DNA from: Octopus vulgaris
Taxonomy: Eukaryota
NCBI GenBank assembly: GCA_951406725.2
Contig: OX597841.1
Coordinates: 20,646,001-20,710,000 of the forward strand
Length of the DNA: 64,000 nucleotides
Direction of reading: 5' to 3'
The notes under the pieces are model-generated. The model ran no database searches. It was given only the letters and a program-made list of their open reading frames with translations, and was not told where the DNA came from. This document shows, piece after piece, positions 39,870 to 53,672 of the stretch. How positions within the stretch are numbered: position 1 is the stretch's first letter; each line of letters opens with the position of its first letter. Position numbers and translations under genes: made by a program.

Positions 39870-40580
39870 GCTATAGCAACCAGTCTGCTTCATATAGTTC
39901 CTTTCTGTTGTTAATGGCTGGTTTCAATTTGTTTATAAGGAGGGTTTCAATAATTCTGAAATTGCCCCCGTTGCATTGGGTTGCCTTGATGGAAACTTTA
40001 AAGTTCCAGGTTTGGCACTTCTTGAAGTGTCTGTCTGCATATACTCTTTTATATGGATGTGTAGTTCCTTAGTGGTGCTCCCTATGTAGGGTGCTCCACA
40101 TTTATCACAGACTACCTCATAAACTACATAGGCCCTTGAGCATGTTTTGATGTCATTAAGGGGGCAGTTGGTGAGTATGCATCCCATGGTGTTCTCTGGT
40201 GTTTTTTCTCGACAGAACTTTCCTCAGGGATGGACTGGTGTGTACCAGCTGTATATGAAATCCCTCTCTGTAGCTGGCATGTTGGATAGCTACTATTCTG
40301 TCATTGAAGTAGGGCAGTCTAAAGAAGCACTTTTCTGACCTGATGTTATGGGTTTTCTCCTGTTGTTTACCTCCTTTTGTGCTTTGCAGATGCAGTTGTT
40401 TAGCTGTGGAATGTGGATAGCTGTTGTGTGCTAAGTTCTTGAGGAATCGCTTGGTGTTGGTAGCTTTGTTGGTTACTTCACTGCATCTGTCTCTTATGTG
40501 TGATATTTCATTTTGTATGTAAGCCACATACATACAAAACGAAATAACATGCATTAGAGACAGATGGCTCTCTGCCATCC
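39870..40580 (-). mobile_element. Penelope-like element remnant (linker plus GIY-YIG endonuclease)
   Basis: FFRLPYF linker, VVYEVVCDKCGAPYIGST, C-terminal KPAIN; frameshifted. Confidence 0.75.
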
Positions 40581-42559
40581 ATAGCTAAACGACTGCACCT
40601 GGGAAGCACGAAAGCTGGTAAACAACACAAGAAAACCCATGACATCAGGTTAGAAAAGTGATTGCTTGAACTGCCTTTTGACTGAACAACCTGCCATCCA
40701 CGGTACACACTAGTCTATCCCTGAGAAACTTACTTGGCAGTTGGTTTTGGTCTTGTTTTCCATGGCTGGATAACTTCAATGTACAGCGATGTCTGCTCGG
40801 TAGTTTGGGTGAATGGTTACCTATTGAAACCATTCAGTATAATGCATTTGGTCCATCAAAAGTGACTCCTCTCATCTCTTCTGAATCTACTGGCTCTAGA
40901 GCCACTACTGCAGAAATTGGAGGTGTTGAGAGGCATCCTGTGCAAACTAGGACATGGGGGAACTGTATCAGCATATGCGGACTACATCACTGTCACAGTG
41001 TCAAACACCAGGGCATGTGAACCTGATTGGCATCGCTCTAAAACAACACAAGTCAGTGACTGGAGCAAAAATTAATCAAAAAAAGTCAGTGAACCTGCAG
41101 CTCAGCACTTGGAGAGGTAAGTCCATGCCATGCAATAAAGTTGTGGGATACTGGACGGAGGAACCAGTTAAATTGCTCAGTCTGGTTTGCTCCAGATATT
41201 CAGGTGAAGAACAACTGGGACAAAGTGACAAGCAGGGTGGATAACTCCCTCTGAAATGAGCCAAGAGAAAGTTATCTTTGAAAGGCCATGTGAAGGTGGC
41301 AAATGCTTACACCACATCCATTATATATACTACTGCCTGATTGCTGTGTCCTGCCCTGGTTTACATTTGATCGATGAACACCATGCCTGTTGATGCACAG
41401 ATATGCACTGAGACTGCAATATCTCCAGTGCTTCCTTGAGCAGGAGTGGTCACCGTTTGTCAGACTCGCTCCTCCACAGTTTGTCTCTTTGAATCAGCTG
41501 CAGTCTTGGATCAAGTATAATCTGAGCGGGGCACCTGGTACATCTAGAGTGTTGTCAGCTGCTTACAGTCCTCTATCAGGCAATATGGTTATTAGGAGTT
41601 CCACCTGGACGTTTTGTGTAGGTAATTTCCATAATTCCTTGACCTGGTAGTACTACTGAATGTGCATGGGGTGCGCATTGCTAGTTCGAGATAAACTCTA
41701 CTGGCATGAAAGTGCTGTCAGCTGGGCTTGCCGAAGATGTATGCAGAGTGACTAAATTATTCTGCACACTCTAGTCCAGTGCCTGACTGTTGCAGACTTG
41801 GAGGTCTATGTTGAACACCTGCTGTCACATGTAGGACAGATCCAACTATTGGTTGGGTCCATTGTGAAGATTGTTCCACCACCTTCCTTTAGGCTAAAAG
41901 GGCAATCAGTGTATCTTTGGTGGCCTTACCGAAAGAGGGCTGAAGGCAGATACTTTCCTCTTTGGCCAAGACCTTGTCAACTTTTTCCAGTTTCACGTGA
42001 ACAGGTGAAGGTAGAAAGAAAAGTATTGCCATCCAGCAATTTTGATGAAAGGTGGGTGAATGTGACAAGAATGGTCCAAGTAAATGGGCCTACTTTAAGC
42101 ATGTGTGTGGACAATGTAGAAAGGGCACCTGCCCTAGAGGTCAAGGTCACTGTGGTTTTGTGGGCTTTCCACAATTAGCCCTAGAAAGTTGACTTTTTTT
42201 GAGGAATTATTCATTAAAATATTTTGTTTTTGGATTTGGTTTGCAAGATTCTTTGAGTTTGTGTGTTGAAGCATATTCTGTTGTGTCTGGGGAGAGTCAT
42301 TTTCTTTTTGTGCCTTATAATTTAACACACTCACCAGTAAAATTTCAACTTATTTCTTATTTTTATTTTCCTAAAATTTTCGTTGTCTTGCAACCTTTTC
42401 AATAGTCTTGAGTCAAGGTCATTGTTAAAATTTATATTGTTACTGTTGGTTTTACTTTTTACATGCTTTTTATGTAATTCCATATCCTGTACTGTCCACA
42501 ATGTTTTTGGTGAACTCTTAGTAGTTAGTAAAGAAAAGAAAACATTATTTTTATAAATG

Positions 42560-43095
42560 TCCCATAGTATACAATATCATGACATTGTTGATTGAAGATA
42601 TTGTGTCTATCAGGGGTTTGTACTGTTTGTCAAGTCTCAACAAGGACCTCAGACAGACAGTACTTTATGCAATATGTGTGCAATTACAAGTATGCCGACA
42701 TCTAGATTGTAGGGTATTTCTAAGATTTTCAGATGTATTTTCAGATTGGGTGGTATTGAACCCAGTGCTCCAATGACAACAGGGATGACCTTTATGTTTG
42801 ACTCTCGTAGCTGCTTCATCTTAGCGATCTCAATTCTCAGGTTTCCATGTTTATCAACCTTTTCTCTTTCTTTCCTGATGATGTGTTGATCTTCTGGCAC
42901 TGCCATCTCAATTATTAGGGCCTCTTGTTTGTCCCACGTAAAGGTTACTATATATCCAACCTTCAGTACTCTAACACTTTATCTGTCTGGAAGTCAAAGT
43001 CTCAGAGGATTTTTACCTTCCTCTTTTTGTCCATTACCTTTTCTGGTGTATGTTGGTACCAAGTACCTGTAACCTCATATCCATACTTATGGCAT
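42560..43095 (-). mobile_element. R4/Dong-clade LINE 3' end (restriction-like endonuclease)
   Basis: WYQHTPEKV...DFDFQTDK, MAVP...EREKVDK, VIPVVIGALG; boundaries approximate. Confidence 0.75.
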
Positions 43096-43109
43096 ATTAT
43101 TATTATTAT

Positions 43110-44105
43110 TAAGGTGGTGAGCTGGCAGAATCGTTAGCACACTGGGCAAAATGCTTAGCAGTATTTTGCCTGTCACTACGTTCTGAGTTCAACTTTACCT
43201 TTCATCCTTTCAGGGTCGATAAATTAAGTACCAGTGAAACACTGGGGTTGATGTAAACGACTATCTCCCTCCCCTAAATTTTAGGCCTTGTGTCTGTAGT
43301 AGAAAGGATTATTATTATTCCAAGGGTGGTGGATTGACAGGATTAGAGCATTGGACAAAATGCTTGTGGTACTTGTTTTAGCTATTTTTATGTTCTGCAT
43401 TTAAATTCCGCTAGGGTCAACTTTGCCCTTCTTTCAGGCTAATAAAGTACTAGTCAGTTGGGTATATTAACTTGGATCCATATACTCAGCTAACCCTGTA
43501 TTGTAGGTCTGATGTCTAATTTAGAAACTGTTGTTGTTGAGGCTGCAAGCTGGTAAAATTGTTTGCACACTTAGTGGCGTTTTGTCTGTCTTTACATTCT
43601 GAGTTCAAATTCTGTTGAGGTTGACTTTACCTTTCATTCAAGGCAGAACCTGATGGCTTTGTGCCAAAGTTTGGAATTATTATGGGAAAGGCTGCAAGCT
43701 GATAGATTCGTTAGCATGCTGGGCAAAATACTTAACGGCACTTCATCTGTCTTTGGATTCAAATTGTTCATGGCCAACTTTACCTTTCATCCTATCAGAG
43801 TTGATAACTGTACCCAGTCAAGCATGGCTTGATGGAATCAAATTCCTCCTCCCTTCAAAATTCTGACCTTCTGCCAAAAAATTAGAAAAAATTATTATTA
43901 AAGCAGTAAGTTGGCAGAATTGACAGCATGCTTAGCGGCATCTTATCCATCTTCACATTCTAAGTTCAAATTCCACTAAGGTCGACCTTGCCTTTCATCC
44001 TTTCGGGGTCGGTAAATTAAGTACCATTTGACTACTTGGGTCGATGTAATCAACTATCCCCCTCCCCTAAATTTCAGGCCTTGTTCCTATAATAGAAAGG
44101 GTTAT
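43110..44105 (+). mobile_element. Head-to-tail array of about 5 tRNA-derived SINEs with Meta-like domain
   Basis: Repeated GCTGGCAGAATCGTTAGCA...CCTTTCATCCTTTCGGGGTCG.TAAATTAAGTACC, separated by (TTA)n or (TTG)n. Confidence 0.75.
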
Positions 44106-44874
44106 TATCAATAATATTAATACACTAATTTATTTTTTGTATGTACTCAATGCTTAAGAGAAGGAAATTGTTGAAAGAAATTTTGTTTGTTAAATAAAAA
44201 TTTTTAACTGGATGTCTTGTAATTTCTGGAAGAGATTTGAAACCACCACCTAAGTGTTGAGTTGCTGCTTTTCAATACTGATGCCTACTGGGCAAAAGCA
44301 ACAACAAGCTTAATGAGAAAATTAAGATACTGAGCAAAAGAGAGAGGCAGTGAGAGGGAGAGAGAGAGGGAGTGGCTGATAGGTATTTGAATTCCTTTCT
44401 ACAATTGAACTTAAACTGACCCCTGGTTATTAAAGGCCCAACCACACACATTTGTTTTAGGTCTTCTACCCATTTGAATTCAGCCATACACCAGATAACT
44501 TGTCTTATGTTCCAAAATTTAAATTTTGAATTTGTTATAATTATAAAATTACACCTCAACTAAAAATCATCTTTTAGCTTTCGAAGACTACCTTTTCTTT
44601 CTCTTTCTATATTTTTTGTTAAGTTACAATTTTTCTGTTTTGGTCAGGATTTTTCAAATTTTTTTTTCTTGTATCAAGTAATGGACGAAAGCATTTTAAA
44701 AAAATTAAGAGCCAAATCTTTTCTTAATACTAACAAGAGCATAGTATGAGAGAGATTAAGCTGTTATTTCTAGCAAACTGAACAACCACACAGAGTTGTT
44801 CAATTGGCACATTTGTTGATGTGTATAAGTAAACTAAAAAACTAAGACACACACACAGATATGAAAGAAGTAAA

Positions 44875-45900
44875 TAGACACCCTTATAAGCATTAGAATT
44901 TATCTAAATCTGAAATTATATATCCAAATTATTTGTTAGTAGTTATAATGCGAACATTTAATATTTAGTAGACATGCCCTTTGCATTTTTCAATTCAAGG
45001 GCCCTATTAGTCATGTTTACTGATCAGATGGTGAATATTCTCTTGCGGAATTTCTTGCTAAGTTTCATGTAATAATCTCGAAAGATCTGGCTTTGAAGAT
45101 GCTTTCTTGTTTTGTTTATGAAATGTCCTGTCCATTACGCCCCAGAGGTGTTCTATAGGGTTCATATCTGGTGACTATGGAAGCTTTCTAATGCCATTCT
45201 TTACCAACAAGTCTTGGGTCATTTTAACCATGTGACAAGGAATCCCATATTCCATTGCAATATGGACACATATTTATTTGAATTTATCTTTCCCTCACAC
45301 TCCACCAGCTCTGATCAGCCATTGCTCCAAATTGCTTCCCAGACCATCACAGAATAGCTGCTGTGTTTCATTGCTGGTTGCAATCTTTTGACATCAAATT
45401 CTTGATTACAGTCTCCAGACCCACACTCAACCACTGCTAGGAAATACAGAAAATCTGGACTCATCAGAATATGACTGTGTCCCAAAATTCTAATGGCTTC
45501 TTTTCTCCACTTCATATTGGATAGTCAAAGATGTGGCTTCCTTCTTCCTGTTCTGCCAGTTTGTGGAGATTCCTGACAGCTGTTCTGGGACTGACATCAA
45601 CTTGCTCTGCTATGTCAGAGGTCTTGCAATGAGGATTATCCTCCACACTTCTCTTAGCAAAGAGAAGGGTCCTGTCAGAGGGCCCTGGTTGATCTGGACA
45701 AGGTGATGTGGACTCCTTCCCCTCTTTGGTGAACTGCACAATCACTCTATTAACTGTAGAAAGCAGGATCCCATGGTTTTCTGCGATTTTACGCTGACTA
45801 TATCCACCTTCAGAATGATCCACAATACGGTGTCTTTGAAATTCAGACAGTTCCAAGGCTTCTTTTGTACATGGAATGATTAAACAGTCACATATAGAAT
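44875..45900 (-). mobile_element. Tc1-like transposase pseudogene
   Basis: HTH-like [11 protein letters not shown]...SQRKIA, SVMVW, SPDMNPIEHLW; frameshifted. Confidence 0.8.
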
Positions 45901-45914
45901 CTGAAACATAAAAA

Positions 45915-46700
45915 TCATCATCATCATCTTCGTTTAACATCCGCTTTCCATGCTAGCATGGGTTGGACGATTTTGACTGAGGGCTGGCAAACCAGATGGC
46001 TGCACCAGGCTCCAATCTTGATCTGGCAGAGTTTCTACAGCTGGATGCCCTTCCTAAAGCCAACCACTCCGAGAGTGTAGTGGGTGCTTTTTATGTGCCA
46101 CCGGCACGGGGGCCAGTCAGGCGGTACTGGCAATGACCTTGCTCGAATCTTTTTTATACATGCCACCGGCACAGGTGCCAGTAAGGCGACATTGGTAATG
46201 ATCATGCTAATGATCATGATAAGGCGGCGAGCTGGCAGAATCGTTAGCACGCCAGGCGAAATGCTTAGTGGTATTTCGTCTGCCGTTACGTTCTGGGTTC
46301 AAATTCCACCAAGGTCAACTTTGCCTTTCATCCTTTCGGGGTCGATTAAATAAGTACCAGTTACACACCGGGGTCGATATAATTGACTTAATCCATTTGT
46401 CTGTCCTTGTTTATCCTCTCTGTGTTTAGCCCCTTGTGGGTAGTAAAGAAGTAGGTAATGATCATGCTCGAATGGTGCCCTTGGCACCTTACAAGCACGG
46501 GCACAAGTGCCAGTAAGGCGATGCTGGTAACGATTACACTCGAATGGTGCCCTTTTATGTGCCACTGGCACAGAAGCCGGTTAGCCACTCTGTCAACAAT
46601 CACACTTGTATGGTGCTCTTTGCACCCTGCTAGCACGGATGCTAGTCATTGAATTTGATTTTGATTTCGCTTGTCTCAACAGGTCTTCGCAAGCAGAGTT
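45915..46700 (-). mobile_element. RTE tail fragment interrupted by a Meta-like SINE (+, about 46220-46455)
   Basis: The SINE is flanked by duplicated TAATGATCATG. Confidence 0.8.
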
Positions 46701-47039
46701 TAGTGACCAAAGGCTAGCATGGGTTGGACGATTTTGACTAACATTGACAGGACACAGCATTTATAATTTCATTGCACTATTACTTACTGATATTTCTAAT
46801 CAAAAAAATGTCTACTAAAAAAGATCGTCAAAAAACAAACACACGACGTGCAATGCTTTCTCTATATCTCCTATTATGCTATTGCCTAATTTATTTCAAC
46901 AGAGATTCTGCAATGGTACAACCCTAATTGTGCACTGACACAGCTTTTGTAATTTCATTCCACTCCTGCTTACTGATATTCCTAATTAAAATATGTCTAC
47001 TAAAAAAAGACCGTCAAAAAATGAACACCAAACAAACGC

Positions 47040-47695
47040 ACTACATAGGTTGGAACACCATAAGATGTACCCAGTGTAAGCTATGGACACATAAGACGTA
47101 CAGCAATATCAAAGGAAGGAAAACTGGGAAGATAGTTTTTGTGTGTGGGGACAATAAACACTGAAAATGTGCAGAAAACAGCTTCTGTCACATTTTAAGG
47201 CGAAAAACTACAAGTAGTTGATAGAGGTAGACCCAGGAAGACCTGGGATGAGGTGGTGAAGCATGACCTTCTAACGTTGGACCTCACGGAGGTGATGACA
47301 AGTGACCGAGACCTTTGGAGATATGCTGTGCTTAAGAAGACTCAGCAAACCAAATGAGACCGTAATCATGGCCTATGCCAGTGTAGCATAACTGGCCTAT
47401 TTAAGAGTACCCTTCAATCTTGGGCAAATAAATTGCACTTGTGAAGACCTGTTGAGTTAAATGAAGTCATTGTCGTGGCTGATGACAGTACTGCCAGACT
47501 GGCCCTCCTGCTGGTGGTACATGAAAAGCACCCAGTACACTCTTGGAGCGGTTGGCATTAGGAAGGGCATCCAGCTGTAGAAACTTTGCTAGATCAGATT
47601 GGAGGCTGGTACCGACTTCCAGCTTGCCAGCCCTCAGTCAAACCATCTAACTCATGCCAGCATGGAAAGTGGATGTTAAACGATGATGACGATGA
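47040..47695 (+). mobile_element. Internally deleted RTE 3' fragment
   Basis: IRCTQCKLWTHK and GRPRKTW coding remnants, then 3' UTR and (GAT)n. Confidence 0.8.
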
Positions 47696-47715
47696 TTGAT
47701 ATATATATATGTATA

Positions 47716-48925
47716 TTAGATCATCCCATAAATAATGTGGTTTTTTTAACTGCATGAACTAAAAGTTGGAAGAGGCACAGGATAAACTACCTGCATCAAC
47801 TTCCTATGAAAGCAGGTAGTAATTTTACCTTGTCCTTATTCTTAGTGCAAGTTTGGAAGTGACAAAGGAGCATATTTTGCTTTATGAGTTCAATAAAAAC
47901 AACACCACAATGAAAAGAGCAAGGAATATTAATGCAGTATTTGGAGATTGGACAATAAGAGTAAGCCAGTGTCAGCGGTGGTTCCAGAAGTTCCAAGTCA
48001 GACTCTGCAGCCTAGAAGACAAGCTTCATCCTGGAAGATCTGTAGAGCTCAATGAGGACATCCTGCAAACCCTGGTGGAACAAAATCCCACTGTAACTGT
48101 TGAGGAACTAGCAGAGAAGCTTGGATTTGGTCATTCAACCATTCATTGACACGTGTACCATTTGAAAACGGATCAATGGGTTCCTCACAAACTTTCTTTT
48201 TGTGTGCAGAGAGTGAATGTGTGCTCTTCTTTGCTGTTACATCTCCTGAATAAACCCTTTTTTTTTTGGACTGAATAGTGACTGGTAACAAGAAATGGGT
48301 TCTCTATAAAAATGTCAAGTGCCAAAGGTAGTGGGTAGGGAAAGGAGAAACACCAGCATCCCAGGCTAAAGAAGGTCTTTGCCCATGTAAGGTGTTACCT
48401 GTTTGGTGGGATATGAAAAGCTTAGTCCACTTTGAACTGTTAAACTCAAACCAAATGATAACAAAGGAGATTTACTGCAAGCTGCCTGAGTGTCTCAAGT
48501 CAATGCTAGAAGAAAAACGATCATCTTTGGTTTCAAGACGAAAGGAGTTCGTCCATCAGGATAATGCTTGGCCACACAGTGAGAATGAGATGCAAAAGGC
48601 TGGAGCAGTTTGAATGGGAAACGATACCCCATGCACTATATTTGCTGGACATTGCCCTGTCTGATTATCATTTATTCTGCAGTCTTCAAAATCCTTTGGA
48701 CGGAAAAAATATGAATTCTATAGTCGAGGTCAGAACAGAACTGGAAGAGTATTTTTCATCATGGACAAGTTAATTTTGGAAGAGGGGCCTTGCAAGTCTA
48801 CCAGATAGATGGAAGAACATTGTAGAAAATGAAGGAGAATATATTTTAGATTAAAAAAGACCTTCATTTTGATTTTGAAAAATAAAAATAAAAATAGAAA
48901 AACTCACATTGATGGGATGACCCAA
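47716..48925 (+). mobile_element. Mariner (DD34D-type) transposon, decayed but full length
   Basis: TA-flanked TIRs TT.G.TCATCCCAT / ATGGGATGACCCAA; WVPHKL, HQDNAWPH, DIALSDYHLF. Confidence 0.9.
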
Positions 48926-48949
48926 TATATATATACACACATACATAGA

Positions 48950-49290
48950 TAGGTGCAGGAGTAGCTGGGTATAGGCACAAGTGTGGCTGTGTGGTAAGTA
49001 GCTTGCTTACCAACCACATGGTTCTACTACAGCCTTGGGCCTACAAAAGCCTTGTGAGTGGATTTGGTAGAGAGAAACTGAAAATATATATGTGTGTGTG
49101 TGTGTGTGTGTGTTTGTCCCTCCACCATCATCACTTGACAACCAATGCCAGTATGTGTACATCTCCGTAACATTAGCAGTTCAGCAAAAGAGACCAATAA
49201 AATAAGTACTTGGCCTACAAAGAATAAATCCTGGGGTCCATTTGTTCAGCTAAAGGCAGTGCTCCAGCATGGCTGCCGTCAAATGAGTAT
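48950..49290 (+). mobile_element. CORE-like SINE (internally deleted)
   Basis: Homology to 7273-7710. Confidence 0.8.
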
Positions 49291-49489
49291 ACACACACAT
49301 TAGCTTATGTATGTATGTATTGATATATATTTTGTTGCATCTAGGGAAAGTCATTATGCCACACACTCGTTCAATTCCACTCCTTTGTTATTCGTCAGTT
49401 GGCTAAATATCCAACTAAGTAATCGACTGTTTGTTTAACTTGGTTACACAGTCAGTTGTCTTTGTTTTTCTCTTTTTCAAAACTCTTTC

Positions 49490-50330
49490 TTGCAGACTAT
49501 AACAAGGATGTATCTTGGCACCTACGCTTATTCTCTTTGTGTCTAGCTGCATGGATTCACAAACTTTCTCCAGACAATCCAGGAGTTGACATCAGATAGT
49601 GGTAACGTGGAGAGCTTTTCAATCTTAGTAAGCTTCAATCTAAACATCTAACACACACGCAACATATCTCAGAACTTCAATATGCTGATGATAATGCTGC
49701 CTTCTGTCATTCAAAAGAAGAACTCCAACAGTCTGTAAATAACTTGGCTTTGGCTTACCATTGCTTTGGCCTTAGAGTAAACATCAAGAAAACCAAGGTC
49801 CAAGCACAACCAGTACCAAATACCATCTTAGCAGATTTTTATTTTACCACCTCCAATACACCTTTTCTCAAACAAGTGCATCTCAGAAAAATATATGGAA
49901 CACAGAATTGGAGCTGCACACAAGGCATTTGGAAAGTTAATGAAATGCATCTTCATCGCTGATCATGAAACACCGTCCTTAATGATCAGAACATGTAGCA
50001 AGAAGGGAAGCGTCAAGATTCCCATGTGAAGTCTTATTCAGTGAACTTACTTCAGGGAAAAGACCACAGGGTTGTCCTTGTTGAAGATACAATGACCAAT
50101 TAAAAGCAACATTAAAAGCTACTGGAAGAGAAAATGAAGGAAGAAATCAAATGACAGGAGAGAAAAGCTCAACAAAATCAACCTCGTCCTCTATCAACAT
50201 GGTCATGCAGTTAATGCCATTGACTCTTCTATGCATGAATTGGTTTCCAAAATCATCAACATCACCACAAAGGAAGCATTCAAAGAAGAAAAATAAATTC
50301 TCAGATATGAGACAAACGCCATCGATATAT
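49490..50330 (+). mobile_element. Old RTE/BovB-like LINE fragment
   Basis: ELQYADD and FGLRVNIKKTKV. Confidence 0.65.
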
Positions 50331-52329
50331 ATCATAGGTGCAGGCATAGCACTTTGGGTGAGAGTTCTCTATAGCCCTAGGCCAACTAAAGCCTTGTGAG
50401 TGGATTTGGTGGACAGAAACTGAAAGAAGCCTCATGAGAGAGAGAGAGAGAGAGTGTGTGTGTTTGACTGTCCCCTTACCTAGGTATCACATGATAGCTA
50501 TGAGTGTTACCATCATGCAAGCAGTGTCCTTCATTTCCAATATTCTGTGAAACGTCTGGCCATGGGGAAACATGTATTTGGAAACATGTAAGGGTTGGCG
50601 ACAAGAAGGACATTCAGTTACAGATAATATGCCAGAACCAATTCTATCCATGAATGGAAAAGTGGACATTAAAATGATGATGTGACAGATAGAGAGATGG
50701 GTGGATGTATGTGTGTGTGTGTGTAGGCTATTACGTGGATAAACATAGTTAGATATATTAAATATAACAGTTTGGGTATGAAATCCAAAATATGTGTACA
50801 TGCAAAATGCAATAAAGCGAAAAGTGGAGTCTTTGATGAATACCTAAGTATAAATATATAAATATTCATATTAATAGATCCAACTTACTCAGAGTACAAA
50901 GGACAGAGAAAATTAAAGAGGAGGTAGAACAGTGTTATAAGTCCAACAGCTGTTTGTTGGGGTTTGGTAGATGTAGTTCATCACAATACGTGGCTGTAAG
51001 GGAAGCAATCAACATTGGATAAGATGAACTTCCATCATCAGGACAGAAAAGATCTTTCATTTCAGATCTTAATGCAGAGAAGTTCAAAGATGTGTGTGTA
51101 TGTATGTGCATCTTTGTTTTGACCTATGTGATAATTGTAAATGAGTATCACCATCATATAAGCAGTGTCATTTATTTCCAATGTGCAAACATGTCTGGCC
51201 GGAAGGTTAGTGACAGTAAGGGCATCTGCAGAAGATCTTCCTCACAGCATTCTGTCTGACCTATGCAAGCATAGAAAAGCAAAGGTTCAAAACATACATC
51301 AGACACTGTGAAAGCAAGTTTTACTTGAACATTGTGCCTTTATCAGCAACAAATAGCAGCCAAATCTCCCTCAAATTTCATATCTATGTACCAACGAAGT
51401 GGGTCTCTATGTGATAGCTCGACCTAACAGAATTAGCAGCTGCTAAGGCTTCTTCAAATCCCTCACTCCATATTCAAATGCTGTCACAAAATGGGTTGAT
51501 ACTTTTGTTGGTGTTATTTCTCACCTTGATTGAGTTCAAAAGCAAGTTCCTAACATTATTTGTCCTGTTTTTGAAGGTAAACGTGAACAGTTCTCTCACT
51601 GCCAACACATTTCTCTTTCATCCTCCCCCTTCCACAAATACACCTGCTTTCTTCTCTTGCACCTCCTCTTCACTCTTTAGCATTCAGCTTTCTCTGCTTA
51701 TTTATTCACATTGATAGAGATTTGTCATTACCTTGTAGCTGTGAGATTTTAATGATGTGATTGTTTATTTTTGGAATAATACTGTTGAGTGTGAGAAGCT
51801 GGATCTGGCCAGTTTAAATGTAAAAGGGTTGAAATTAATAATTAATAGAAATAATTATTTCCACTAAATCTTACTCATTCACTGTTGTTGTATCCTCTTT
51901 ACAAAGTGTTGCTTCTACTCTGGTATTTTCTGTCCTCAAATATCTCACAAACACAACTTTCTCTCTATTCTTCATTTCCCTAATAAATAGCATCTTATTT
52001 GTTTCAAACCATTTCAAGGTTTTTAGGGCAGTAGATTATTTTTCCTGGTTATATGAGGTCTTTTTTTATTATCAGTTGCTTACCAGCTTGTAGTGAGTGG
52101 TGTCACCCACCAAAATTAATAAACAGATGGATAGAGAGGTACATACAGGCATAGTTGTGTAGATATAGAGTTTGCTTTATAACCATACTCTCAAGATCCG
52201 ATTCACTGTGTGGCACTCTGGACAAGTGTCTTCAACAGTAACCTCAAGACAACTAAAGCTTTGTGGGTGAAATTGGCAGATGGAAGCTTATTTACATCTC
52301 TCTCTCTCATACATAATATAAATATATGC

Positions 52330-52630
52330 ACCTTTTGAGTATTTGGCCTCATGGAGGCAATGACAAATGATTGAGACCTTTGGCATATGCCATGCTTGAG
52401 TAGAAGATCCATCAAGCCAAGTGAAATTGTAGTTGTGGCAGATACTGGTGGCACATAAAAAGCACCCATTACACTGTCACAGTGGTTGGCATTTGGCATT
52501 AGGAAGGCTATCCAGCTGTAGAAACCATGCCAAATAGGATTGGAATCTGGTGCAGCCCCTCAGCATACCAGCCCTGGTCAAACCATCCAACCCATGCCAC
52601 CAGGGACAACAGATGTTAAATGATGATGAC
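52330..52630 (+). mobile_element. Diverged RTE tail fragment
   Basis: Homology to the RTE 3' UTR; ends in (GAT)n. Confidence 0.75.
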
Positions 52631-52890
52631 AATGGTAGTGCCTACGTGTGTAATTTATATTCTTTATCATCACATGTAAGTGCTGAGCTAAAAACAGTGA
52701 CATTTGTTGGCACTTTCAGTCAACAAATCATCCTCTGAACTTTCAAAGACAAGTGGGATAAAAAAAATTCCCTTGTAAAACTGATGAGGGCGAGCGATGG
52801 GAAAAACATTTAGCTGTAAAACAATGCTCCAATAATAACTTTTTGCCCAACCTATGCTTGCATGGAAAACAGATATAAAATGTGTTGTAC

Positions 52891-52951
<61 letters not shown>

Positions 52952-52959
52952 ATTCTTTT

Positions 52960-53142
52960 ATTCTTTTGTCTCAGTCATTTGACTGCAGCCATGCTGGAGC
53001 ACTGCCTTTGATTGAACAGATCAACCCCAGGACTTATCTTTTGTAAGCCTAGTACTTATTCTATCATCTCTTTTACTGAACGACTAAGTTATGGGGGACA
53101 TAAATACACCAACATTGGTTGTCAAGTGATGGTGGGGGCACA

Positions 53143-53180
<38 letters not shown>

Positions 53181-53340
53181 CAACAGGCTTCTTCCAGTTT
53201 TCTGTCTACCAAATCCACACACAAGGCTTTGGTAGGCCCAAGGCTATAGTAGAAGACACTTGCCCAAGGTGCCATGCAGTGGGAATGAACCTAGAACCAT
53301 GTGATTGGGAAGCAGGCCCCTTACCACACAGCCGCTCCTG
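52960..53340 (-). mobile_element. CORE-like SINE
   Basis: Reverse complement of the 7273-7710 family. Confidence 0.8.
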
Positions 53341-53672
53341 TACTACACATTATATATATGTATAAGTGCTAGAAAGATTTTGGACTGCATGAACTGTGGT
53401 TATAGTGTTAAAAGGAAATGGTTGTGCAGCTGATGGTCGTTGATAGCCAGCATCATGAATCAGCCTACACATCACTTTCATGCTTATCTATTCAGGTTCA
53501 ATCATGTAAGCTTTACTGATGCTATTTTAGAAAGACTGATTTTTTTTTTTTTTTGTTGGCTTGTAAATTCAAGTAACATGTTTACATCAAATTTTGCATT
53601 AAGTTCAGCCAGTTTTATCACTGGTTATGTCACCCAGGTGGGAGTAATAACTAAATAATTGCACTTATCAAG

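Noticed and set aside
39867-39880. GTTGCTATAGCAAC palindrome resembling an RFX X-box
   Set aside because: Lies at the end of a Penelope remnant, far from a supported promoter; may be a decayed RNA hairpin
46740-47035. Diverged ~190-bp direct repeat
   Set aside because: Old AT-rich duplication with no ribozyme or coding signal found
52781-52810. CTGATGA...GAAA spacing
   Set aside because: No paired stems; lies in an old RTE-tail-like repeat
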